A stretch of 21,997 bases of DNA, from NCBI RefSeq assembly GCF_006345805.1, contig NW_021836977.1, positions 1-21,997 on the forward strand. Reading direction: 5' to 3'. The position numbers were made by a program, and so were the translations under genes. Shown here in pieces: positions 12,191 to 21,065 of the stretch. The first letter of the stretch is position 1, and every line of letters begins with the position of its first letter. This DNA is from Octopus sinensis (lineage: Eukaryota). The notes beneath the pieces were generated by a model. That model saw nothing but the letters and a program-made list of their open reading frames with translations. It searched no databases and was not told where the DNA came from.

Positions 12191-12557
12191 TTTTTACTAG
12201 TTTCAGGTGGAGCGTTGCGGCCATTTTGATTGAGGTTAGGGAAGTTCGTTATAATTTTCTTGTAAATAGTTTTACTGTCTTTATGTAAATCCCCACTGTT
12301 CCTCGTCTTTGTATAGTCCTAAATGTTTTTGCAGCCCTTGTGGACAATAAAGAAAGTATATTATCATCATTTTCGTTTGGCTCAGGTTCGGTCTTATTTC
12401 TGGCAGGGTTTATAAGGGTAGCGGGTTACTACCTTAAATATCCACAAGTTTTCAGCAGTCTTTTAAGTGCTTACAACCCTCCTGATAATCCATCTTCTCC
12501 CTAAGAGACAAAATTTCTGTAGGAACGGCATTCTATTTCAGTCTCCTTTAGCCATTT

Positions 12558-12826
12558 GTCTTCTTCTTCTTCTTCTTCTTCTTCTTCTTCTTCTTCTTCT
12601 TCTTCTTCTTCTTCTTCTTCTTCTTCTTCTTCTTCTTCTTCTCTTCTTCTTCTTCTTCTCCTTATCATCCTCCTTCTTTTTCTTCTTTTTCTTCTTCTTC
12701 TTCTTTTTCTTCTGCTTCTCATCCTCCTTCTTTTTCTTCTTTTTCTTCTTCTTCTTCCTCTTCTTCTTCTCCTCCTCCTCCTTCTTCTATTGTTATTATT
12801 ATTGTTGTTGTTGTTGTTACTGTTGC

Positions 12827-12868
<42 letters not shown>

Positions 12869-12892
12869 CATCGTTATTATTATTATTACTAT
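12558..12892. repeat. Compound trinucleotide array (CTT)n-(CCT)n-(GTT)n-(ATT)n; the (ATT)n part is the (TAA)n tail/target of the adjacent LINE
   Basis: Direct reading. Confidence 0.95.
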
Positions 12893-14350
12893 TGTATGTT
12901 TGACTTGTGCATTGTATTTGTACAAGTCGGCTCCGTGTGTCACCCAGAAACCTCAAGAGACAACAAGGTAGAAATTCAAGTTGGTATTATGCCTGAGGTG
13001 TCATATATTTGGTTTTGCAGAAAGTATTGTTCAAGAGAATGCTTAAGAAAACATGAGAAAATTATAAGTTTGTTTTAAAATTTGAGATTACATAGACCGC
13101 ATTTTACGTAGGATGTGGACAGTTCCCATGAGCACTATCTTTTGAATTTGTACCATTTGGGGGGTTCACTGGTATCTGAGTTAAGTAGGAATCAGCTCCT
13201 TTTGCTATCATTCCTAGGCACCTATGACAACAGGTATTGTTTTAATCTTGAGGTTCCACATTTTGCCAATTTCTATTTCAAGATCTTTATACTTGCTCAG
13301 TTTATTGGTAGGTCTTGACAGATGCATTTATGTCGATTGGGACAGTCATATCAATGAGGAGGCATGATTTTTGTCTGGTCTTTAAGTATGATGTCTGGCC
13401 TATTTGCTTTTATCTTTCTGTCAGTTTGAATGGTGAAGTTCCAGAGGAGTGAGATGTGGTCATTTTCAAGTTAGGTTCAAGTTTTTGCAAATTACCCCGT
13501 AATACTGTAGGCGCAAGAAGACTGCACATGGAGACAACATGATCAATATTTTCATTTTGTCGTTTACACAGCATGTTGAGCTCCTTGTAGGTAGGCATTG
13601 ATCTTGGGCTGTCACGATAAACCCTTCTGTTTCTGATTTTAAGTCAGGAGACACTAACCAATGATGGGTAAGGGCTTTGTCAACATCGGCATTATTAGCT
13701 CTCTTTGGGTATTTGCTATTGAGAGGTTTTTCTTGCCATTTATCAGTAAGAATATCTAATTGTAGCACGGGTTTTCATACGCTTAGCCTTTTTCTGTGTC
13801 TGTTTCCAGTACATCTAATTCTGGGATTTGTTGTATTTGGAATTCACTTAGATATTCCTTTGCCTGTTTTGCTACTGAGTATGATGCTTTCTTATTTTCG
13901 TGCTTTCAGACAAGTTTTAACATCCAGTCATCAGACTTTTTCAGATAGGTGCTTAGGCCAATAGTGGCAATCTTCATTGTTAATTCCAGTTGTAAAAGTC
14001 CACGGTCACCCTCTTTTGAGGGTTGTTCCAGTTGTGGGGTACTTCCAGCTCCTGTGTTTCGGGAATATTTGAACCAGTAGCTGATTTTTTTCACACCCAG
14101 TTTGGTTACTCACTAGAGTGCACAGCCCTTGTTGACCTGGGTGACTGCAGATTCGGTGTGTGTCTTGCTTTGTTATCATTAAGGCATGACGAGCTTGGAC
14201 GTTGACATTAACGGAGGGATCTGCCTGTTTAGGGTTAATTTTTTGAGCCAACACCACCTCTGAGTTCTCTACATGGAAACATTGCTCGTAACATAGCTTC
14301 TTAAGGCTAACAGATCTGTATTCGTGTGTAATTTTGTTTTATTGTTGACA
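12893..14350 (-). mobile_element. R4/Dong-like non-LTR retrotransposon remnant with CCHC knuckle and restriction-like endonuclease; probably internally deleted
   Basis: Minus-strand peptides across frameshifts: KEGDRGLLQLE, LKSETEGFIVTAQDQCLPTR, CKRQNENIDHVVSMC, LLWNFTIQTDRKIKANRPDII, CLLIDMTVP, KLSKYKDLEIEIGKMW, IPVVIGA, GTVHILRK. Stop at 13088-13090, 3' UTR, then a (TAA)n tail. The 5' boundary is approximate. Confidence 0.88.
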
Positions 14351-14649
14351 GATCTATCTCCGGGCATTTTTGTGGTGTCTTTAAACTTATGAATTGTTTA
14401 CTGTCTGTGTTAGTTCGAAAAATAATTGTTTTATTATATCTTTTTGCTTCGACGGTGACACGTGCTTTCATATGCGTGTATGTACGTCCTGTAAATTGCA
14501 CGTAGTTTTGTTAACATTGGGATGTATATGTAGTCCTATAGGTATTGAAATGTATAAATGATTGTATAGACATTCGAGTGTGTGCGTAATTAATCAATTT
14601 ACGTACTTACTGTTTTGTTCCAATTATATTTTATAATTTGTAAACTTTG

Positions 14650-14748
14650 TGATGTTGATTTCGCATGTGTCTTTCGCCTCCCCTAAAACTGCTGCCCTTG
14701 TGGCAAAATTTGAAACCATTATTAAAGTTATTAAGGCGGCGAGCTGCG
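14650..14748 (+). mobile_element. SINE-B 3' tail fragment followed directly by a SINE-B head fragment
   Basis: cctaaaactgctgcccttgtggcaaaatttgaaaccattatt, then aaggcggcgagctg at 14733. Confidence 0.7.
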
Positions 14749-15169
14749 TCTTGATATACACAGGATATAGATTATTGAGAGAGGAGATTCCTTCGGACTT
14801 TTAGCCCCAATATAGCCATATATATATATAAATGTATGTGAATAGTCCCAATGTCAAGAATTAATGGGCAGGTGGCTCGAAATTACTTGGGCTGTAGCAG
14901 GGATGCAATGAAATGACCAGTGCGATCTACAAGTGTCATTCTGCTCTGAAAATACGAGTCTCGCGGTGGAGTTTCTAGATATCGTTGAAACTTGATCACA
15001 GCTGTTTGAATTTTCTGTACACAGTCTAACAGAAATACGTTCTTCATATGCTCAGGGTGAGAAGCCCAACATGACGGCCACACATAACCTAGTTTAGCCA
15101 GTTTACCAATACTGTTGCCAAAATGGTGGCTCATTACTGCATGAAGCAGTTCGCAGGATCACAGGTGAG

Positions 15170-15335
15170 AACCGGCTACCAGGGTTAAAGAAGTGTTTTG
15201 AGTGGGTTTGAAATCATGAGGTCTCGTGTTCGATCCCGTTACATGGTAACTAGATCAAGTGTCTTGTACCGTACCCTACCAATCGATCTAAGTCTTGAGG
15301 GAAATCGTGTGGACTGGAACTCTGTGTAGATGCCT
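15170..15335 (+). mobile_element. Old, diverged SINE-A-like copy
   Basis: ggttaaagaagtg...gtgttcgatcccgttacatgg...caagtgtctt...gtggactggaactctgtgtagatgcc is colinear with the family A 5' half; B-box GTTCGATCCC. Confidence 0.55.
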
Positions 15336-15827
15336 CACAGATGGATTGTACCAGTAATTTAAATCTTCAGCCATTTTTCGCTCAGGTAGTGAGGGGTGGA
15401 AGTCTCAAGACGTTTTTTGGGGGGGATGAGGAGGAGGAGGAGGAAGTTATTTTCAAACATAAGACCAGGCTCGAATGCTTACAACAGAGAGAAACACGAC
15501 TATATTCACCGAAGGATTAAGGGGTGGTATTAAACTGAACTACGCTTTAAACAAAACTTGTTTAGATTATGCCTTGTCGAAAACTTTTGTCATGCTAGTT
15601 CTGCCTGAAAATTACATTAAGGGTACATGCGTAACTGAGGAATACTCAGCTATTTGCACAACAATTTAAAGAATAGATACTTTAATTGATCGGCACTTCA
15701 TCGTCGAAACTGACGGAAGACATATCGTCCTCGTTCATTCACATTTTTGTCGACTCCGGAAGCCAGACAAGCATTGCTGAACTTGGTGACATTTCGACTC
15801 AAAAGGGTCGTAACTAAACACCGTGAG

Positions 15828-16020
15828 GAATTTTGAAATTCTTTTCTTCTTAATTTATATAGATAGAGCTTTTCAGAAACGCCTTTAACATTAAACGAAA
15901 AAGAGGGAAAAAACAAAAAGAAACAAAGCCTAAAACTGCAGCAAAATAACTGAGGCATCGTTCAGCTATTATCTCTCCATAACACTGCATTATTTTGATC
16001 AGATATCACAAAGAACACAT
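15828..16020 (-). pseudogene. Candidate decayed first two exons of a secreted protein (copy 1)
   Basis: ATG at 16020; exon 1 MCSL*YLIKIMQCY-G (to 15978); donor degenerated to GAGAGA; 95-bp pyrimidine-rich intron ending AAG at 15883; exon 2 in matching phase, GVSEKLYLYKLRRKEFQN. Confidence 0.35.
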
Positions 16021-16150
16021 ATTTCTTCAAATTCCCTTCATGTTTCCTTTCCGTTTACACCCCAGTAACCCAGATTTTTCGTCGAGGGTTAAACAGCGTG
16101 TAAACAGTGTATAAAAGTACGCAGCCTTTAAAGAATCAACATGTAATTAA

Positions 16151-16169
16151 TGACGTCATTGTGACGTCC
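16151..16169. promoter_or_regulatory. Tandem CRE/ATF-type sites (TGACGTCA + TGACGTCC)
   Basis: Palindromic TGACGTCA at 16151-16158 and a second site starting at 16162; same arrangement in the paralog at 19040-19056. Confidence 0.5.
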
Positions 16170-16209
16170 CACTGCTAACTGAAATAGAACAATAACGTCA
16201 AAATACATT

Positions 16210-16269
16210 GTATGTATGTACCTATGGATGTATCCACACACAAACATATACATACATACATCACCCTAC

Positions 16270-16313
<44 letters not shown>

Positions 16314-16545
16314 TGTGTGTGTGCGCGCGCGCGCGCGTGTGTGTGTGTTACGGACTCGATGATTACTTACCCAGCTTAGATGAGCTAAGATTGTACCCTA
16401 GACTCATACGTGTCTATCAATTCCCTTCCCTCTCTCTTTCTCTCTTCCTTCTCCCCCCCACATATATGCATGTGTGCGTGTGCGTATATTTATACACACA
16501 CACACACACACACACACACGTGTGTGTGTCTGTGTGTATTATATA
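16210..16545. repeat. Complex microsatellite block (TACA, GT, (GC)7, CT, CA)
   Basis: Direct reading; (GC)7G at 16323-16337 is embedded in (GT)n. Confidence 0.85.
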
Positions 16546-16634
16546 AGAATTTTTCAAGAGAAGTATTTCGTCAATAGTGAATACAACTCACATCACTACT
16601 GGTATTTATTTTTTCAACCCTGAGAGGAACACGT

Positions 16635-16841
16635 CTTACCAATGACATGGTACCGGGTTCAGTCCCACTGCGTTGTACCGTGAGCAAGTGTCTTCTACTA
16701 TAGCCTTGGGCCAAACAAAGCCTTATGTGTGGATTTGGTAGACGGAAACTGAAAGAAGCCCGTCATTATATGTATATATATTATATATATATATAATATA
16801 TATATATATAACTATATATACGGAACCGCAAGAATATATCG

Positions 16842-16876
<35 letters not shown>

Positions 16877-16878
16877 TA

Positions 16879-16913
<35 letters not shown>

Positions 16914-17186
16914 GTGGTGTATACATACATACATATGTGTGTGTGTGCGCGTGTGTGTCTCTGTGTCTGTGTATGTTTGTGTGTCTGTGTTTGTTCCCCC
17001 ACTGTCGCTTGACAACCAATGTTGGTGTGTTTACGTTCCCGTAACTTAGCAGTTCGACAAAAGATACCGATAAAATAAGTATACTAGGCTTACAAAGAGT
17101 AAGTTCTGGGGTCGATTTGTTCGACTAAAGGCGGTGTCCCAGCATGGCCACAGTCAAATGACTGAAACAAATAAAAGAATAAAAGA
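16635..17186 (+). mobile_element. SINE-A, 5'-truncated, with an expanded internal microsatellite (16767-16990)
   Basis: Colinear with 8124-8539 from cttaccaa onward; tail aaacaaataaaagaataaaaga. Confidence 0.92.
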
Positions 17187-17425
17187 AAGTAAATTACTTG
17201 ATCTAGTAAAAATAGCAGCCGAATCTGGAATTACATCCCACCTGTCTAAAAACTGGATTATGTATGTCTTAGAATATACAAATACCTCAAATGTAAATAG
17301 ATACCCTTAATTATACTGTTTTATGTGTACGGATATTACCGATTAGCGGGTTAAATCACTGAAACCTGCACAAGGCATGTCTACTAAATACCAGAACAAG
17401 TACTTAAATGCATCAAATGACATTA

Positions 17426-17640
17426 CATTAATGCCTCGATATACGAGTTACCTTGTTCTCGGAGACCGCTCGTAAAGCGAAAACTCGTAAAACAGAGCAA
17501 CAACTTCCCATAGTAGCAATGTTTATATATCGTAATCCGTTCCCAGAAAAATATTTTACCTATAAAATTTATAATAGTCGTAAATAAATGGCAATAAAAC
17601 AACAGTAGAATGTAAAGAATACTTTATGTAAAATAAAAAA
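17426..17640 (+). mobile_element. One end of a Tigger/pogo-like DNA transposon (no partner TIR seen)
   Basis: TA + CA(t/g)TAATGCCTCGATATACGAG, then subterminal repeats CTCGTAAAGCGAAAACTCGTAA and TTCCCATAG...TAATCCGTTCC, a layout typical of Tigger-type ends (recognised from memory). Confidence 0.55.
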
Positions 17641-17675
17641 AAATGTCAAGTTCATTTATGATAAAAATTATTATC

Positions 17676-17691
17676 GTTGTTGTTGTTGTTG

Positions 17692-17762
<71 letters not shown>
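17676..17762. repeat. (GTT)n(GCT)n(GTT)n compound repeat
   Basis: Direct reading; abuts the SINE-B head. Confidence 0.95.
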
Positions 17763-17986
17763 AAGGCAGCGAGCTGGCAGAATCATTAGCATCCCTGGCG
17801 AAATGCTTAGCGGTATTTCGCCCGTCGCTACATTCTGAGTTTAAATTCCTCCAAAGTCAACTTTGATTTCATCCTTTCATGGTCGATAATTAAGTACCAG
17901 TTGAGTCCTGGGGTGGATGTGATCGACTATCCCCCATCCCCAAAATCCAGGCCGTATGCCTATAGTAGAAAGGATTATTATTATTA
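17763..17986 (+). mobile_element. SINE-B, full length
   Basis: aaggcagcgagctggcagaatc (A-box region), gagtttaaattcc (B-box-like), conserved core catcctttcatggtcgataattaagtaccag, (ATT)n tail. Confidence 0.92.
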
Positions 17987-18144
17987 CCGTTTTCTGAATC
18001 ACTTTCACTCGCGCACAGTTGTAGACGCGATCGCCGATTCACAAGCACTCGTAGACTGACTTGTAGATTAGTTCTTTTTAAAAAACAAGTTTAGAGTTGT
18101 TTGCTTACAAGAAACTTTTGTTTTTCGCTCTCTATTTCTCGGTA

Positions 18145-18248
18145 ACAAAGCCAGCAATTTTAAGGAGGCATACCATTTGATTACATCATAATAATAATTC
18201 TTTCCACGAGGTCTGAAATTTCCATTATAGGCACAATGTCTGAAATTT
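18145..18248 (-). mobile_element. Inverted copy of a chimeric SINE-B tail junction
   Basis: Reverse complement of 18154-18205 is identical to 18551-18602 (52/52). Confidence 0.85.
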
Positions 18249-18324
18249 ATGGTAGTAGAGACCTTTGCACTTCGTTCAAAATTAGGATCTTGTACTTGAA
18301 AAATAAAACTCGCAAAATAGTACC

Positions 18325-18635
18325 AGTTTAGCACTGGGTCAATGTAATGGAATTATACTCTCCCCAAAATTGCTGACCTTGAGCCATACATTTCTTCTAG
18401 TTCTTTAGGTTCTGAGTTCAAATCCAGCTGAGGTCAAAACTTTACCTTTCATCCTTTCGGGGTCGATAAAATAAGTACCAGCTGAGTACTGTGGTTGATG
18501 TAATCGGCTGGCGCCCTTACGTCCAAAATTTCAGACCTTGTGCCTATAATGGAAAGAATTATTATTATGATGTAATCAAATGGTATGCCTCCTTAAAATT
18601 GCAGGCTTTGTGCCAAAATAAGAAACAATATTAAC
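18325..18635 (+). mobile_element. Stack of SINE-B pieces (3' fragment about 18325-18385, 5'-truncated copy about 18405-18568, extra tail about 18569-18635)
   Basis: ctgagttcaaatccagctgaggtcaaaactttacctttcatcctttcggggtcgataaaataagtaccag...attattattat, followed by gatgtaatc...aaaattgcaggctttgtgccaaaataagaaac. Confidence 0.85.
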
Positions 18636-18784
18636 ATTTTGCATTAATACGAGACCCCAAACTTGAGATAGGGTTACGGGTGATTGAAGCAGTCAGGTTT
18701 GTGATTAATCGACTCCGGTTGGATGAAAGATAAAGTTAACTATGGCGAGATTTGCACTGGGAACATCAACTAAATACTGTAAGT

Positions 18785-18933
18785 TCTTGAATTCCTTTCT
18801 TCTTAATCTATATAAATATGTTTTTTTCTGTAACGCCTTTAACGAAGATAACAACATAACTGAGTCATCTTTTCGCTATTATCTCACCAAAACACTATAT
18901 TAGTTTGATCAGATATAATAACAAAGATCGCAT
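18785..18933 (-). pseudogene. Candidate decayed first two exons of a secreted protein (copy 2)
   Basis: ATG at 18933; exon 1 MRSLLLYLIKLI*CF-G (TAG at 18895-18897); donor G|GTGAGA at 18887; 51-bp intron ending AAG at 18837; exon 2 GVTEK[+1 A in an A7 run]TYLYRLRRKEFKN. Confidence 0.35.
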
Positions 18934-19039
18934 ATTTCATGTTTGTTTTTCTGTTCACGCCCCAATAAGCCTTGATTTTGTCGGAGGTGTTGACCGTTTG
19001 TAAAAGTATGCAACAATCATAAAATCAACAAAGAATTAA

Positions 19040-19056
19040 TGACGTCATCATGACGT
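19040..19056. promoter_or_regulatory. Tandem CRE/ATF-type sites (TGACGTCA + TGACGT)
   Basis: TGACGTCA at 19040-19047 and TGACGT at 19051-19056; 11-bp spacing as in the paralog. Confidence 0.5.
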
Positions 19057-19134
19057 TCCACAACCAACTGAAAACAAACAATTGCATAACACAACATATT
19101 ACGCGAGCGCACATAGATAGATATATAGATATAG

Positions 19135-19169
<35 letters not shown>

Positions 19170-19285
19170 GGCGCAGGAGCGGCTGTGTGGTAAGTAGCTT
19201 GCTTACCAACCAAATGGCCCCGGGTTCAGTCCCACTGTGTGGCACCTTAGGCAAGTGTCTTCTACTATAGCCGCGGGCCGACCAA
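19170..19285 (+). mobile_element. SINE-A 5' half
   Basis: ggcgcaggagcggctgtgtggtaagtagc...gggccgaccaaa, then homology stops. Confidence 0.9.
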
Positions 19286-19574
19286 AATATGCGCACCTAT
19301 GTTAAAAGTGGTGGCGAGTTTGCATGGCAACTATTTTTTTCCTCAAATAAATGCGTGATCTCTAGGACAAAATTCCTCATCCTGTAAAATGTGGCCAGAG
19401 TAAACCCGAATGAAATCGGGTTATATTAACCAAAATGTGAAAAGGGGTCTAAATGGGGCTGGAAGGTGAGTGTTTTTCTATCTACCTTGAAGCAAACCTT
19501 TCCGTTGTCACTGCCTGGTATTTATGATTGATCTTTCAAAATATTTTTCTTTCTCAACTTAATTAAGATCTTTT

Positions 19575-19712
19575 GTTGTTTATAAATGGGAGAGAGATAG
19601 ATAGAGAAAGATAGAGAGTAAGAGAAAGCGAGGGAGTGTCCGAGAGAAAGGAAGAGTAAGAGAGTGGGAAAGTGAGAGAGAAAGGAGAGAGAAACAAAGA
19701 GGGAGAATGTGG
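19575..19712. repeat. GA-rich polypurine low-complexity tract
   Basis: Direct reading. Confidence 0.8.
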
Positions 19713-19818
19713 TGATAAAAAATATGAAGAAAGCAACAGAAACTAACAACCACACTCTTACCCACGCGTAGAGCGGGTCACCTTAAGCTAGTATTATATA
19801 TATATATATATATATATA

Positions 19819-20042
19819 GTAATCCAAACATGAAAACACAAAGAGAAAATGCAACAACGCGAGGACGTGGAACAAGTATAGTGTTATTGGACGCTCAGGA
19901 AAGGAAAGGAAAGAAGGAGGATTTAACGTTTCGAGCGGAGCTCTTCGTCAAAAACAAGGAAAAGGAATATCCAAGGAAGGGAAGAACGGAGGGAAAAAAA
20001 TCGCCAACGATACACACACGCGGTCAACATATTGAATGACCC
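19819..20042 (-). mobile_element. Penelope-like element (pseudo-LTR) remnant between two (TA)n tracts
   Basis: Contains a minimal hammerhead-like motif of the kind carried by PLE pLTRs and is flanked by (TA)n on both sides. No RT or GIY-YIG coding sequence is visible. Confidence 0.5.
19921..19955 (-). ncRNA. Minimal type I hammerhead-ribozyme-like motif with a C3->U core substitution
   Basis: Minus strand reads GTTT-TTGACGA-A-GAGC-TCC-GCTC-GAA-ACGT-T-AAAT: stem I GUUU/AAAU, core (C>U)UGACGA, stem II GAGC/GCUC, GAA, palindromic ACGU stem III. Confidence 0.55.
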
Positions 20043-20055
20043 ATATATATATATA

Positions 20056-20097
<42 letters not shown>

Positions 20098-20357
20098 TAT
20101 ATATGTGTGTGTGTGTATGTATGTATGTATGTATCATATACATACATGTCTGTGTGATAGATAGATAGATTAATACCGAATACAAAATGGACATACGTAA
20201 GTCATAAAACAAGGAAAAACAGATATTGGGAAAAATTTAGATTGTGGTTAATAGAGTTAGAAAAATCAATTAATTGATTAGTATATTGGGTACAACAGTT
20301 AGTGTGAGTTATTTTATAGTGCTAGACTTGTTTTCATAAAAAACCCAATCACATACA

Positions 20358-20403
<46 letters not shown>

Positions 20404-20430
20404 CTATAGTATATATATATGTTGTATATA
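20043..20430. repeat. Microsatellite tracts (TA, GT, TATG, GATA) at about 20043-20170 and 20355-20430
   Basis: Direct reading; unique AT-rich sequence lies between the two tracts. Confidence 0.85.
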
Positions 20431-20478
20431 TGTGCATAGATTATGAATTATATGACTATATATTTATGGTTTTCTCTT

Positions 20479-20578
20479 AATATTTAGCAGAAGCAACTGA
20501 GTGACTGAAGGTCCAAGAGTTTCGTTCATTGATGGATCACTCGGACTTTGGGTCACTATGTTGCTTCTACTGAATATT
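20479..20578 (+). other. 100-nt bulge-free imperfect hairpin (pre-miRNA-like or tiny fold-back element)
   Basis: Positions i and 41057-i pair over 48 steps: 35 Watson-Crick, 6 G-U, 7 mismatches, 4-nt loop. Confidence 0.7.
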
Positions 20579-20839
20579 GAAAATATATATATATATATAT
20601 ATATACTCATATTTTGAGTTATATATTTTTTTTGTTTGCATCACCATGTCTGATTATATATTTATATATATCGGTGATATATTATCCTTACCTCTTTTGC
20701 TTGCTTCTGTCATTGCACCGACTTGAAGTGTTTTGTCGAAGAGATCAACAGCAGTACTTAATTTGAAACCTGTTATTTATTCTATCTTTCTCTTTTACCG
20801 AACTTCTAAGTTACAGGGGACATAAAGATACAAACACAG

Positions 20840-20961
20840 GTATAAAGACACAAGTATAAAGACACACACACATATTCATACACACACGCAAATACACACA
20901 CACAACACACAAACAAACACACACACACACACATATATATACATACATATATATATATAAT

Positions 20962-21004
<43 letters not shown>

Positions 21005-21008
21005 ATAG

Positions 21009-21059
<51 letters not shown>

Positions 21060-21065
21060 ATATAT
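20840..21065. repeat. (CA)n then (TA)n microsatellite
   Basis: Direct reading. Confidence 0.95.

Larger units (their letters stand above)
15740..16205 (-). repeat. Copy 1 of a diverged direct duplication (paralog at 18705-19095)
   Basis: Colinear anchors shared with copy 2: ttcttcttaat, aacgcctttaac, aactgag.catc, gctattatctc.cca.aacact, tttgatcagatat, taatgacgtca, aactgaaa. Both copies end in the same ancient SINE-B remnant. Confidence 0.85.
18705..19095 (-). repeat. Copy 2 of the diverged direct duplication (paralog at 15740-16205)
   Basis: Same anchors as copy 1; lacks the pyrimidine-rich insert present in copy 1's putative intron. Confidence 0.85.

Noticed and set aside
14883-15170. ORF 14883-15134 and plus-strand GTGAGA donors at about 15057 and 15165
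   Set aside because: No recognisable protein and no consistent open exon frame linking acceptors to donors.
15698-15835. C-terminal part of ORF 15698-15958 read as a degenerate PAN/apple-like Cys domain
   Set aside because: The DNA aligns better to an old minus-strand SINE-B remnant (gagtcgaaatgtcacc...cttccggagtcgacaaaa) that is also present in the paralog at 18705-18787.
12787-17986. SINE-B as the retrotransposition partner of the R4-like LINE
   Set aside because: SINE-B ends in sense-strand (ATT)n while the LINE ends in sense-strand (TAA/AAT)n, and I see no shared 3'-terminal sequence.
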